The notes beneath the pieces were generated by a model. It made no database searches and had not been told where the DNA came from. It saw only the letters and a program-made list of their open reading frames with translations. This document shows, piece by piece, positions 9,548-17,710 of a stretch of DNA of 64,000 bases (the first letter of the stretch is position 1; every line of letters starts with the position of its first letter). Origin of the DNA: an uncultured Candidatus Saccharibacteria bacterium (GTDB taxonomy: Bacteria; Patescibacteriota; Saccharimonadia; Saccharimonadales; 2-12-FULL-41-12); contig CAYOLI010000004.1 of NCBI GenBank assembly GCA_964404795.1, forward strand, positions 29,985 to 93,984, in the 5' to 3' direction. The position numbers were made by a program, and so were the translations under genes.

Positions 9548-10740
9548 GTCCCAACGTTAGCTGTATATATATTTATTATCTTATTTGCAGATGCACCCCA
9601 ACCAGCGCCATTAATGTCTTTACTTGCGTTTTTCCTGAGTTCTTGTTGCAAAGAATTATTTCTTAAAACAGCCAAAATTTGGTTGGCCATCTGATTTACA
9701 TCCCAAAAGTCAACTTTGAGGCAGTGATGTAATATCTCGGAAACTCCGGATTGTTTGGTAACGAGTACCGGAACTCCAAAATGTATTGCTTCTAGTGGGG
9801 TGAGGCCAAAAGGTTCGGATACAGATGGCAGCACGAATAAATCAGAAATTTTAAATGCATCTCGCCATCTTTTACCTCGTTGAAAATCCACAAATATTAC
9901 GTTCTTTGCTATCCCAAGACCAGCCGAGTGTTCAATTAATTCATAAAGCTGTTCTCCAGAGCCAACAACCAAAAAAATTGTTTTTGGTTCTCTTTTTACA
10001 ACTTCCTTAGCTGCAATAAGGTAGTTATACAACCCTTTTTGGGCAGTTAGTCGACCAATATTAGATACAATCTTGTAGCCATTCTCTTTCATTGCAGACA
10101 GATATTTGTAATCATTTTCGCTGTCTACTGATTGATAGTAGCTGGGATCTATGTTGTTGTGCACAACGTCGATTTTTTCTGGGTCGATGTGATAGCGATC
10201 TGTTATCAGATTTTTTGTCGCCTGACTAACGGCAATTATCCTGTCTGCCAACATCATTCCGGTGTATTCTATCTCTTCGACTAAAGGATTACCTGGCTTT
10301 CCACCAGCTCGGTCAAACTCTGTAGCATGAATGTGTACTATTAACGGTTTTTTTGTGTTTAGCTTGGCTTTAATTGCTCCTCGAAACGTTAACCAATCAT
10401 GAGCGTGAATGATGTCATATTCTCTGTATTTTGTAAGAGTATCGACTCCTTGAGCATATTTTTCATGTTGGTCAAATATGGATATAGTTTCTGTTTTACC
10501 GTCTATATAGCTATATAAATAACTATCGTAAGCACCGACTTTTTTTATAAGGTTTACTTCGTCTGAAGGAAACGCAGTTTTGATTGTCATAAAAGAAGCG
10601 TTATGCTGAGCTTCATAGGGCAATATAAATTCTATATCTACATTTTTCGTAGATAATTCTTTACATAGTTGATAACAGGCGACGCCAAGACCTCCGCTAT
10701 TGTGCGGTGGCAGCTCCCAACCCAACATTAATATTTTCAT
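9538..10740 (-). CDS. GT-B glycosyltransferase, glycogen-synthase-like (GT4/GT5)
   Basis: MKILMLGWELPPHNSGGLGVACYQL N-terminus and SEPFGLTPLEA C-terminal GT-B motif. First gene of the GT-GH57-GH15 operon. Confidence 0.75.
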   Translation of the reverse strand: MKILMLGWELPPHNSGGLGVACYQLCKELSTKNVDIEFILPYEAQHNASFMTIKTAFPSDEVNLIKKVGAYDSYLYSYIDGKTETISIFDQHEKYAQGVDTLTKYREYDIIHAHDWLTFRGAIKAKLNTKKPLIVHIHATEFDRAGGKPGNPLVEEIEYTGMMLADRIIAVSQATKNLITDRYHIDPEKIDVVHNNIDPSYYQSVDSENDYKYLSAMKENGYKIVSNIGRLTAQKGLYNYLIAAKEVVKREPKTIFLVVGSGEQLYELIEHSAGLGIAKNVIFVDFQRGKRWRDAFKISDLFVLPSVSEPFGLTPLEAIHFGVPVLVTKQSGVSEILHHCLKVDFWDVNQMANQILAVLRNNSLQQELRKNASKDINGAGWGASANKIINIYTANVGTCS

Positions 10741-10821
10741 ATTGCCTTTTTAGAAATTCCTACATAAGCATTATAGGAGTTTATATACCCTAGAGCAAGA
10801 ACGTTGGATTAACCACGACAG

Positions 10822-11574
10822 CTATTTGAACAAAGTATCTACACCTTTGCAGGCGACATCTAAAGCATCTAAAGCATGGTGCTCGTTAGTTGGCTTCAGC
10901 AATTTGATATCTTGACCATTTCTAAAAATTTCTACTTCATCTATTGATTCATGACCTGTTTCAGAAATTTTGATCAATCGGTGCATTCCTCCATCCAGGT
11001 TCTGCACTGTTTTGATCTGACAAAGAGTATTATTTCTAAGAACAGAGTAATTATAGATTGTTCTTTGAGGTAAGCTGTCTATAAATGGCCACTGAGCATT
11101 GGCTCTCATGAGCCACATAAAATCATAATTATTTATATAATCTGTTTCTGTCTGTTTCATCAATTGTTGCTCGAAGATTATTTCTGCCATTATGCCATAC
11201 TTGTAAAAATCGGAAACAAACAATTTTTCTAATTCAATACGCTCTAGTATGCCAGCATTAATATAAAGCGATACGTCATCATTTTCGTAAGAAAAATCTA
11301 CCAAGGTTATATCATTCTCCGAAGAAGGATGCCTAAGCAAGAATGTTTGACTGCCAAGTAATTTTTCTTCACCAAGCTCGTATCTACTGGTCTGGGTCTC
11401 GGTAGTTCTAATAAAAAACTTACCGTCAATGTCGCCAAGGTATTGTATTGGAAATTCTATTTCGTCAGTACGCTGCTGTGGGCTAAAATCAGAAGCAATT
11501 GTTGTAGCTATCATGCCATCTAGAACGAAGGCCTTCTTGGAAATTTCGCTATCGAACTCTGGGTTTGAAAACAT
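10822..11574 (-). CDS. Hypothetical acidic protein
   Basis: The long ORF version (start 11637) runs into tRNA-Trp. The internal ATG at 11574 is preceded by TTGATT-17-TATAAT-6 nt. No recognisable domain. Confidence 0.5.
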   Translation of the reverse strand: MFSNPEFDSEISKKAFVLDGMIATTIASDFSPQQRTDEIEFPIQYLGDIDGKFFIRTTETQTSRYELGEEKLLGSQTFLLRHPSSENDITLVDFSYENDDVSLYINAGILERIELEKLFVSDFYKYGIMAEIIFEQQLMKQTETDYINNYDFMWLMRANAQWPFIDSLPQRTIYNYSVLRNNTLCQIKTVQNLDGGMHRLIKISETGHESIDEVEIFRNGQDIKLLKPTNEHHALDALDVACKGVDTLFK

Positions 11575-11580
11575 CAGATT

Positions 11581-11609
11581 ATTATAAAACAAAAAAGTAA
11601 TATAATCAA
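11581..11609 (-). promoter_or_regulatory. Sigma-70-like promoter (TTGATT-17-TATAAT), 6 nt before the ATG at 11574
   Basis: Minus strand: TTGATT = 11609..11604, TATAAT = 11586..11581. Begins 1 nt after the tRNA-Trp 3' end. Confidence 0.55.
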
Positions 11610-11610
11610 C

Positions 11611-11685
11611 TGGCAGGGGCACGTGGAATCGAACCACGATCTAGGGTTTTGGAGACCCTCATACTAGCCGTTGTACTATGCCCCT
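11611..11685 (-). tRNA. tRNA-Trp (anticodon CCA), encoded CCA end
   Basis: Acceptor AGGGGCA/TGCCCCT, anticodon stem AGGGT/ACCCT with loop CT-CCA-AA, T-arm CGTGG-TTCGATT-CCACG. Confidence 0.9.
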
Positions 11686-11819
11686 TCGATCAAACATAAT
11701 CTTTAAAAATCATGATATTAAATCTAAATTACATAGCCAGTGTGCAATATTGTAACAGATAATATTTGCTACAACGATGGGTATATTTTTTTACACAATA
11801 TGGTGTAGAATAAGATAGT

Positions 11820-12458
11820 ATGTCGAGTAAAATATCACCCACCAAGCCCTTGCTGGTAATTTTATATGGATTTCCGGGATCTGGTAAAACAACCTTTGCT
11901 AGACAACTTTGCGATGAATATGGTTTTGTTCACCTTCAATCTGACAAAATTACTCAAGAAATTTTCGATGGGGCACCAGGTAACTCTGGTAAAGTGATGA
12001 AATACTTGGCCTCGGAGCTACTAAAAAGTGGAATATGTGTGGTTTATGATTCTGCGGATTGCGCAACCACAAAAGAACGCAAGAAAATTATAGATCTAGC
12101 CAGAGAGAATAAAGCACAATCATTGATTGTTTGGCTTCAAATAGATCCGGAGTCGTCTTTTACTAGGACTCAAGCTAGAGATCGTCGTAAAACGAGCGAC
12201 AAATATGCAATACAGTACTCAGAGGACGCATTTAGGCATACAATAAACTCACAGCAAAACCCAACATCTAGTGAGGACTACGTTGTTATCAGTGGTAAAC
12301 ACGTCTATAAATCGCAAAGAAATGCAATTCTAAAGAAACTTTATGATTTGAACTTAGTAAAACCAGAGCAAGTTAGTGACAAAATGGCAAAACCGCAATT
12401 AATTAATCTGGTACCGCATAGAACCGATTTCAATCGAAGAAATATCTCAATACGTTAA
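11820..12458 (+). CDS. P-loop NTPase/kinase (AAA_33 / zeta-toxin-like fold)
   Basis: Walker A YGFPGSGKTTFARQL close to the N-terminus, about 170-aa kinase-like core and a basic tail. TAGAAT lies 8 nt upstream of the ATG. Confidence 0.65.
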   Translation: MSSKISPTKPLLVILYGFPGSGKTTFARQLCDEYGFVHLQSDKITQEIFDGAPGNSGKVMKYLASELLKSGICVVYDSADCATTKERKKIIDLARENKAQSLIVWLQIDPESSFTRTQARDRRKTSDKYAIQYSEDAFRHTINSQQNPTSSEDYVVISGKHVYKSQRNAILKKLYDLNLVKPEQVSDKMAKPQLINLVPHRTDFNRRNISIR

Positions 12459-12465
12459 TTGCCCC

Positions 12466-13179
12466 GTGAGTACATCACGTAATTTAGATGGCATCGGTGA
12501 AATAAAAATCCACCGTCGTAAGGGCGCAAAAAACTTAAGAATACGTATCGATGTATTTGACACAGTACATCTGACACTACCGAAATATGTACCACTTGCT
12601 GCAGGACTAATATTTATCAATCAACATAAATCGTGGATTTTAAGTCATCGCGCAAAAAATAAAGCAATAGAAATAAACGATAGTGTAGTATTTAACGACA
12701 AATACAGTATACAAATTGAGTACAAAGATGTCAGCTATATTTCTGCATCCTATCAGGATAAAGTCGCGCGTTTCGTTGTACCGAATTGGTTGAAGTATGA
12801 CAAGGAAAAGCTACAAAAAAAACTAAGAAGTAAACTTGTAAAACAAGTGAAAGAAACAACAAGTACAATTGTAATACCGTTGCTTTATGTGTACGCAGAA
12901 CGATATTCTTATGCACTGTCCGGTCATAAGGTAAAGACGCTTCGATCCAGATGGGGAAGTTGTTCGAACGATAAAGTTGTGACACTAAACTCATTTCTAT
13001 CACAGCTTCCAGATGAATTAATAGAGTACGTCCTTCTGCATGAACTGGTTCACACTAAACACATGCATCATCAAAACAGTTTTTGGGCAGAGCTAGGCCA
13101 TGTTTGCCCCGATTACAAAATCAGAAGAAAGCAGTTAAAGAATCATCAACCAAAATTAAATATTAGGTTGAGCTACTAA
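12466..13179 (+). CDS. DUF45/YgjP-like zinc metallohydrolase
   Basis: WGSCS...LPDELIEYVLLHELVHTKHMHH (HExxH embedded in the YgjP-type context). GTG start. Confidence 0.7.
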   Translation: MSTSRNLDGIGEIKIHRRKGAKNLRIRIDVFDTVHLTLPKYVPLAAGLIFINQHKSWILSHRAKNKAIEINDSVVFNDKYSIQIEYKDVSYISASYQDKVARFVVPNWLKYDKEKLQKKLRSKLVKQVKETTSTIVIPLLYVYAERYSYALSGHKVKTLRSRWGSCSNDKVVTLNSFLSQLPDELIEYVLLHELVHTKHMHHQNSFWAELGHVCPDYKIRRKQLKNHQPKLNIRLSY

Positions 13180-13225
13180 GCGCTTATGGCATAATTAGAT
13201 ATATTAATTAGGTTATAAAAATTGT

Positions 13226-14347
13226 ATGGGAAATCCGACAGCACATAATTCATCGAGTTCGACCGTTTCACTGCGCGAAAAGTTAGAGAGAGAACGGTTG
13301 GTAAGTTTGATTAATAGTATGGGCGATGGTGTTCTTGCTCTGGATGAGAAATGCGATATCGTTATTTATAATGGAGCGGCGCTAGGAGTGCTAGATCTCA
13401 ATATTAATCTAATGGGTAAAAACATTAGTGGCGTGATGCATTTGATAGACAAAAATAATCAAAAAAAGGATATAAAACAGATTATTCTAAATGCTTCGAC
13501 TCAGTCATCAAACCGCGATTTGCGTTTGGTGTATGCAAATGGGGACAAAATTAATCTGTTTATTAGCATAGCGCCAGTACGGTTAAGTTACGGTAAAAGT
13601 GGTAGCAAGGGATATGTTGTTCTGCTCAGGGATATAACTAGAGAAAAATCATTAGAGGAGGAGAGAGATGAGTTTATTAGTGTTGTTAGCCATGAGCTTA
13701 GAACTCCAATAGCGATTGCTGAAGGTAATGTCAGTAATGCTGAGTTTATAGTTGAGAAACAAGGTAGTATGGAGCAAGTAAAACATGCATTGAAAACGGC
13801 GCATGAACAGATAATTTTTTTGAGCGGGCTTATAAACGACCTTTCGACACTCTCAAGGGCCGAGAGAGGAGTGTTAAAGATTGAAGTTGAATCAATTAAC
13901 GCTCATCAACTTATTAGCGAGATTAGGGATGAGTACACTGAACAAGCAAACAAAAAAGGTTTGAAAATTATTACAGATATAGATCCTAAACTACACATTT
14001 TAAAATCTAGTAAATTATATTTGCGCGAGATTTTGCAGAATTTAGTAACAAATGCAATTAAGTACACACAGGGTGGTCAAGTTACCCTCAGGGTCGAACA
14101 AGCGGATAACGGAATACTCTTCGAAGTAGAAGATACGGGGATTGGTATAAACCCTGGGGATCAAGAGAAGATATTTGATAAGTTTTTTCGCAGTGAAGAT
14201 TTTCGTACACGCGCCAATTCTGGCACTGGTCTTGGCTTATACGTGACGATGAAGTTGGTGCGTCTTATACACGCCGAATTGCGTTTGAAAAGCGAAATTA
14301 ACAAAGGAAGCATTTTCATGCTTGCAGTACCCAACTTAGAAGAGTAG
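13226..14347 (+). CDS. Soluble sensor histidine kinase (PAS-HisKA-HATPase_c), with no adjacent response regulator
   Basis: H-box SHELRTPI, N-box LVTNAIKYT, G-boxes DTGIGI and GTGLGL. No TM segment seen. Confidence 0.85.
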   Translation: MGNPTAHNSSSSTVSLREKLERERLVSLINSMGDGVLALDEKCDIVIYNGAALGVLDLNINLMGKNISGVMHLIDKNNQKKDIKQIILNASTQSSNRDLRLVYANGDKINLFISIAPVRLSYGKSGSKGYVVLLRDITREKSLEEERDEFISVVSHELRTPIAIAEGNVSNAEFIVEKQGSMEQVKHALKTAHEQIIFLSGLINDLSTLSRAERGVLKIEVESINAHQLISEIRDEYTEQANKKGLKIITDIDPKLHILKSSKLYLREILQNLVTNAIKYTQGGQVTLRVEQADNGILFEVEDTGIGINPGDQEKIFDKFFRSEDFRTRANSGTGLGLYVTMKLVRLIHAELRLKSEINKGSIFMLAVPNLEE

Positions 14348-14387
14348 TTGACTGGCCACGTTAGATGCGCTAGTATTGACATTGACG

Positions 14388-14412
14388 ACCTACTGTGGAT
14401 GTAGGTTTTTTT
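14388..14412 (+). terminator. Rho-independent terminator after the histidine kinase gene
   Basis: ACCTAC-TGTGGAT-GTAGGT hairpin followed by a 7-T run. Confidence 0.6.
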
Positions 14413-14430
14413 AATTGGAGATGATTTGTT

Positions 14431-14817
14431 GTGCCCAAACTTAATAGGCAAAAAATAAAACCGTCCGTTAGAGACAAGCGGACAAAAAAATCCCCCAAAA
14501 AACGATCTGGGCTTGGTAGTGTACCTAGCAAGGTAACTAAACCATTTAATAAGTTTTTTAAATTTGGTTCGAAAGAATACAGTATTCCTACACCAAACAA
14601 TTGGTTAGGTCGTTTATTGTCAAAAAGGGGCAGGTTAGTTCCAAAATTCTTTAAAGAGTCATGGGTGGAACTTAAAAAAGTAACGTGGCCAAATCGCAAG
14701 GAGACATATCGATTGACTGTCGCTGTCTTTATATTTTCTATTATTTTTGGAGTACTTGTTGCTTTCTTAGACGTTGGATTAGATAAATTATTTAGAGAGG
14801 TAATAATTAATAAATGA
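14431..14817 (+). CDS. secE: Preprotein translocase subunit SecE (single C-terminal TM; long basic N-terminal region if the GTG start is correct)
   Basis: ELKKVTWPNRKETYRLTVAVFIFSIIFGVLVAFLD is the SecE core, followed by nusG. The start codon is uncertain. Confidence 0.8.
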   Translation: MPKLNRQKIKPSVRDKRTKKSPKKRSGLGSVPSKVTKPFNKFFKFGSKEYSIPTPNNWLGRLLSKRGRLVPKFFKESWVELKKVTWPNRKETYRLTVAVFIFSIIFGVLVAFLDVGLDKLFREVIINK

Positions 14818-15356
14818 GTAAGCGCTACGATTCACACAAACATTGGTATGTAATCCACACCTATAGTGGATACGAAGAAAAGGTTGCCGAGAGCATAAAG
14901 CAACGTGCGAACGCATTGGATATGAAAGACAAAATCTTTGATGTGATGGTACCAAAAGAAAAAATGATTGAAATTAAGAATGGTAAAAGAAAAGTAGTAG
15001 AAAAGAAAATCTTTCAAGGATATGTTTTGGTACAAATGAAGCTAAGCGAAGATGCTTGGTATATTGTTAGAAACACACCTAATGTTACCGGTTTTGTAGG
15101 AACTGGCATAGACCCGAGTCCTATTAGTGATAATGAGATGGAAAAAATTACAAAAAGAATGGGTCTTGATCAGCCAAAGCATAAAATAAACTTTAACGAA
15201 GGTGAAGTAGTGAGTATTATTGATGGCCCATTCAAAGGATTTGATGGCAGTATAAGCGAAATCGATCACACAAAAGGAAAGATTAAGGTTTTAGTCAATA
15301 TGTTCGGCCGTGAAACCCCTGTGGAACTAGACGGACTGCAAGTTAAAAAAATTTAG
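14814..15356 (+). CDS. nusG: Transcription termination/antitermination factor NusG
   Basis: HWYVIHTYSGYEEKV (NGN domain) and a C-terminal KOW (GEVVSIIDGPFKGFDGSI). Confidence 0.95.
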   Translation: MSKRYDSHKHWYVIHTYSGYEEKVAESIKQRANALDMKDKIFDVMVPKEKMIEIKNGKRKVVEKKIFQGYVLVQMKLSEDAWYIVRNTPNVTGFVGTGIDPSPISDNEMEKITKRMGLDQPKHKINFNEGEVVSIIDGPFKGFDGSISEIDHTKGKIKVLVNMFGRETPVELDGLQVKKI

Positions 15357-15509
15357 TTTCGCCATTTAGGCAATACTCGAAAAATTTTGGGTGGAATATA
15401 TTGGACAATGTATGATATTATGTTGTAAAATAAAAGTGTTACGCGCTTGTTTAATATAGATACTGCAAAAACGGCAAAAGTCGAGCAGAATTTTAAATAT
15501 GGAGATAGT

Positions 15510-15944
15510 ATGGCAGAAAAAAAACAGGTTACAGCAAATCTGAAAATGAAAATTCCCGCTGGAAAAGCAAGTGCTGCACCACCAGTAGGTAGCACATTAG
15601 GGCAATATGGGGTAAATATGATGGATTTTATTACTCCTTTTAACGAACAGACTAAAGAACTTGGAAATGTTACCGTGACCGCACATATTGCAATATTCAG
15701 CGATCGTAGTATGGAGTTTAGAGTTGTAACTCAAGCTACTGATGACCAAATACGAGCAAAACTAGGAATTCAAAAAGGATCTGGTAAGCCAAATTCCGAG
15801 AAAATTTCAAAGAAACTTACACGCTCTGACCTGAAGGAAATAGCCGAGGAGAAATCAAAAGATATGAATACTGATGATGTTGAAGCAGTTATGAAAATGG
15901 TTGCCGGTACTGCACGTAGTATGGGAGTCGAAATTCAGGATTGA
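15510..15944 (+). CDS. rplK: 50S ribosomal protein L11
   Basis: KIPAGKASAAPPVGSTLGQYGVNMMDF is the L11 signature. I prefer the start at the ATG at 15510 (GGAG SD upstream) over the upstream TTG at 15447. Confidence 0.9.
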   Translation: MAEKKQVTANLKMKIPAGKASAAPPVGSTLGQYGVNMMDFITPFNEQTKELGNVTVTAHIAIFSDRSMEFRVVTQATDDQIRAKLGIQKGSGKPNSEKISKKLTRSDLKEIAEEKSKDMNTDDVEAVMKMVAGTARSMGVEIQD

Positions 15945-16014
15945 GTAAGCAAAAGATATAAGTAAATTAATTTGTGGGAGATTTTAGCAATCGAATGTAC
16001 CACGAGGAGAAGAA

Positions 16015-16932
16015 ATGAAGAATGCTGATATTAATACAAAACAAGAAGAGAATGATCTAACAAAAGAAGTTCAAGATACTAACCTAAAAGACAACATGGT
16101 TGCCACTGCCGCAAAATCGGGCAAACGAAGCTCAAAGGCAATTTCTGAAAGAGAAGAAGCTATTGCTAAAGAAGAACGAAAAAAAAGTATAACAAAGGAC
16201 CAGACAAAACCAGCTAAGACCAAAAAACCAACTAGGCCTATTTTAGAGCGTAGGGGTAAAAAGTATAAAGAATTTGCTAAGTTAATTGAAAAGAATAAAT
16301 TATATTCTATCGACGATGCGCTAGGATTAGTTTGTAAAACTAGCTATGTTAATTTTGACGCAACAGTTGAGATGCACATACGACTAAATGTCGATCCAAA
16401 GCAGGCCGATCAAAATATCCGAGACAGTGTAATTTTGCCGTCTGGAACTGGGAAAGATTTGCGTGTTGCAGTTTTTGCTGAAGAAGATGTTGCCAAAGAC
16501 GCTTTAAAGGCAGGCGCTTCTATCGCTGGTACTGAGCAAATTCTATCAGACTTAGACAAAGGCATTATTAATTTTGAAGTATTAATTGCTCCACCTAACC
16601 TGATGGCTAAGTTAGCAAAATATGCTCGGATCTTAGGTCCTAAGGGCTTAATGCCAAACCCTAAAAGCGGTACTGTTACCAATGAAATTGTTAAGGCAGT
16701 AAAAGCATCTAAATCAGGTCGGATTGAATATCGTGTAGATAGTGGGGGGATTATACACGTCAGTATAGGAAAAGTTAGTTTCGGTAACAAAAAATTGCAT
16801 CTAAATTTGACTGAGGTTGTTGAGTCAATTAAGCAAAACCGGCCATCTTCGATCAAAGGTGCTTTCTTTAAATCGGTAGCAATTACTACAACAATGGGCC
16901 CCAGCGTTATGCTTAACATCAGTGAGCTGTAG
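16015..16932 (+). CDS. rplA: 50S ribosomal protein L1 with an N-terminal K/E-rich extension of about 80 aa
   Basis: The L1 core begins at ...RRGKKYKEF and continues through ...DATVEMHIRLNVDPKQADQNIRDSVILPSGTGK. The GAGGAG SD sits before the ATG at 16015. Confidence 0.9.
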   Translation: MKNADINTKQEENDLTKEVQDTNLKDNMVATAAKSGKRSSKAISEREEAIAKEERKKSITKDQTKPAKTKKPTRPILERRGKKYKEFAKLIEKNKLYSIDDALGLVCKTSYVNFDATVEMHIRLNVDPKQADQNIRDSVILPSGTGKDLRVAVFAEEDVAKDALKAGASIAGTEQILSDLDKGIINFEVLIAPPNLMAKLAKYARILGPKGLMPNPKSGTVTNEIVKAVKASKSGRIEYRVDSGGIIHVSIGKVSFGNKKLHLNLTEVVESIKQNRPSSIKGAFFKSVAITTTMGPSVMLNISEL

Positions 16933-16956
16933 TTACCCTTTCATTTAAACTATTGG

Positions 16957-16986
16957 TTGAATGATAAGTTAATTATCCGATACAAT
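16957..16986 (+). promoter_or_regulatory. Sigma-70-like promoter (TTGAAT-18-TACAAT), 7 nt before the dcd ATG at 16994
   Basis: TTGAAT 16957..16962, TACAAT 16981..16986. The ATG at 16985 lies inside the -10 element. Confidence 0.5.
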
Positions 16987-16993
16987 GTATGAA

Positions 16994-17710
16994 ATGGGAG
17001 TGTTCAGCAATAAACAAATCAAAGATGCACTAAAAGAAGGTCACATTGTTTGTACTCCTTTTGACCCGAAGCATATTTCGCATGCTAGCTTAGATGTCAC
17101 TCTAGGGCATTACTATTATCGAACTGAAAGAATGAGTGGGAAAACTATATATAACCCTTTTGATGCAAGTGATGTAGAGCGTTATTTTGATGGATTTTTA
17201 AAAGCCGTTCCTCATCAACAATGGGCAGTCAAAAATGGTACTCTTTTGCAAAAAGGTATTCCCAAAAACCATCCTGTAATTCCCCTCCGACCAGGCGAAA
17301 GAATACTTGCGCATACTCACGAATTTTTCGGTATCAAGCCGCCCGGGGCCTATCAGGTAAAGGCACGATCCAGTTGGGGCAGAAATGGTGTGGCGGTTTG
17401 TTTTGATGCCGGTTGGGTAGACCCAGGATACATTAATAGATTGACCTTAGAAATCTATAACCTTAATGAGCACGAAACAGTGCTTCTGCCTGTTGGAGAG
17501 AGAATTGCTCAAGCAGTATTTTTGCAAACTGGGGAAGTTGAAGGCAGTTACGGATTAGGGCGCAACGGTGGCTTTAGTGGTAAATACCAGCAGGGTGAGG
17601 ACCTGGAAGAAATTATAAAGAGTTGGACTCCAGAAATGATGTTACCAAGGGCCTATAAAGATAATCGAAAATTGCCAAAAAAAATCAAAGAGTTAACTAA
17701 ATATGACTGA
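16994..17710 (+). CDS. dcd: dCTP deaminase family protein (long form, possibly bifunctional dCTP deaminase/dUTPase)
   Basis: KARSSWGRNGVAVCFDAGWVDPGY...LTLEIYN...ERIAQAVF matches the dCTP deaminase/dUTPase trimeric fold motifs. Start revised from 16985 to 16994 on promoter geometry. Confidence 0.75.
   Translation: MGVFSNKQIKDALKEGHIVCTPFDPKHISHASLDVTLGHYYYRTERMSGKTIYNPFDASDVERYFDGFLKAVPHQQWAVKNGTLLQKGIPKNHPVIPLRPGERILAHTHEFFGIKPPGAYQVKARSSWGRNGVAVCFDAGWVDPGYINRLTLEIYNLNEHETVLLPVGERIAQAVFLQTGEVEGSYGLGRNGGFSGKYQQGEDLEEIIKSWTPEMMLPRAYKDNRKLPKKIKELTKYD

Noticed and set aside
11575-11637. Longer version of the hypothetical gene starting at 11637
   Set aside because: It would overlap 27 nt of tRNA-Trp and contain its own promoter. 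The internal ATG at 11574 fits the promoter geometry.
14370-14699. 109-aa minus-strand ORF
   Set aside because: It is antisense to secE and to the terminator at 14388..14412.
15960-16014. Possible L1-binding autoregulatory site (GGGAG...GACCACGAGGAG) upstream of rplA
   Set aside because: The resemblance to the 23S L1-stalk mimic is too loose to support by eye, and the GAGGAG is adequately explained as the SD.
16410-16919. 169-aa minus-strand ORF
   Set aside because: It lies entirely antisense to the well-supported rplA gene. The sequence is low-complexity with no start context. Typical shadow ORF.
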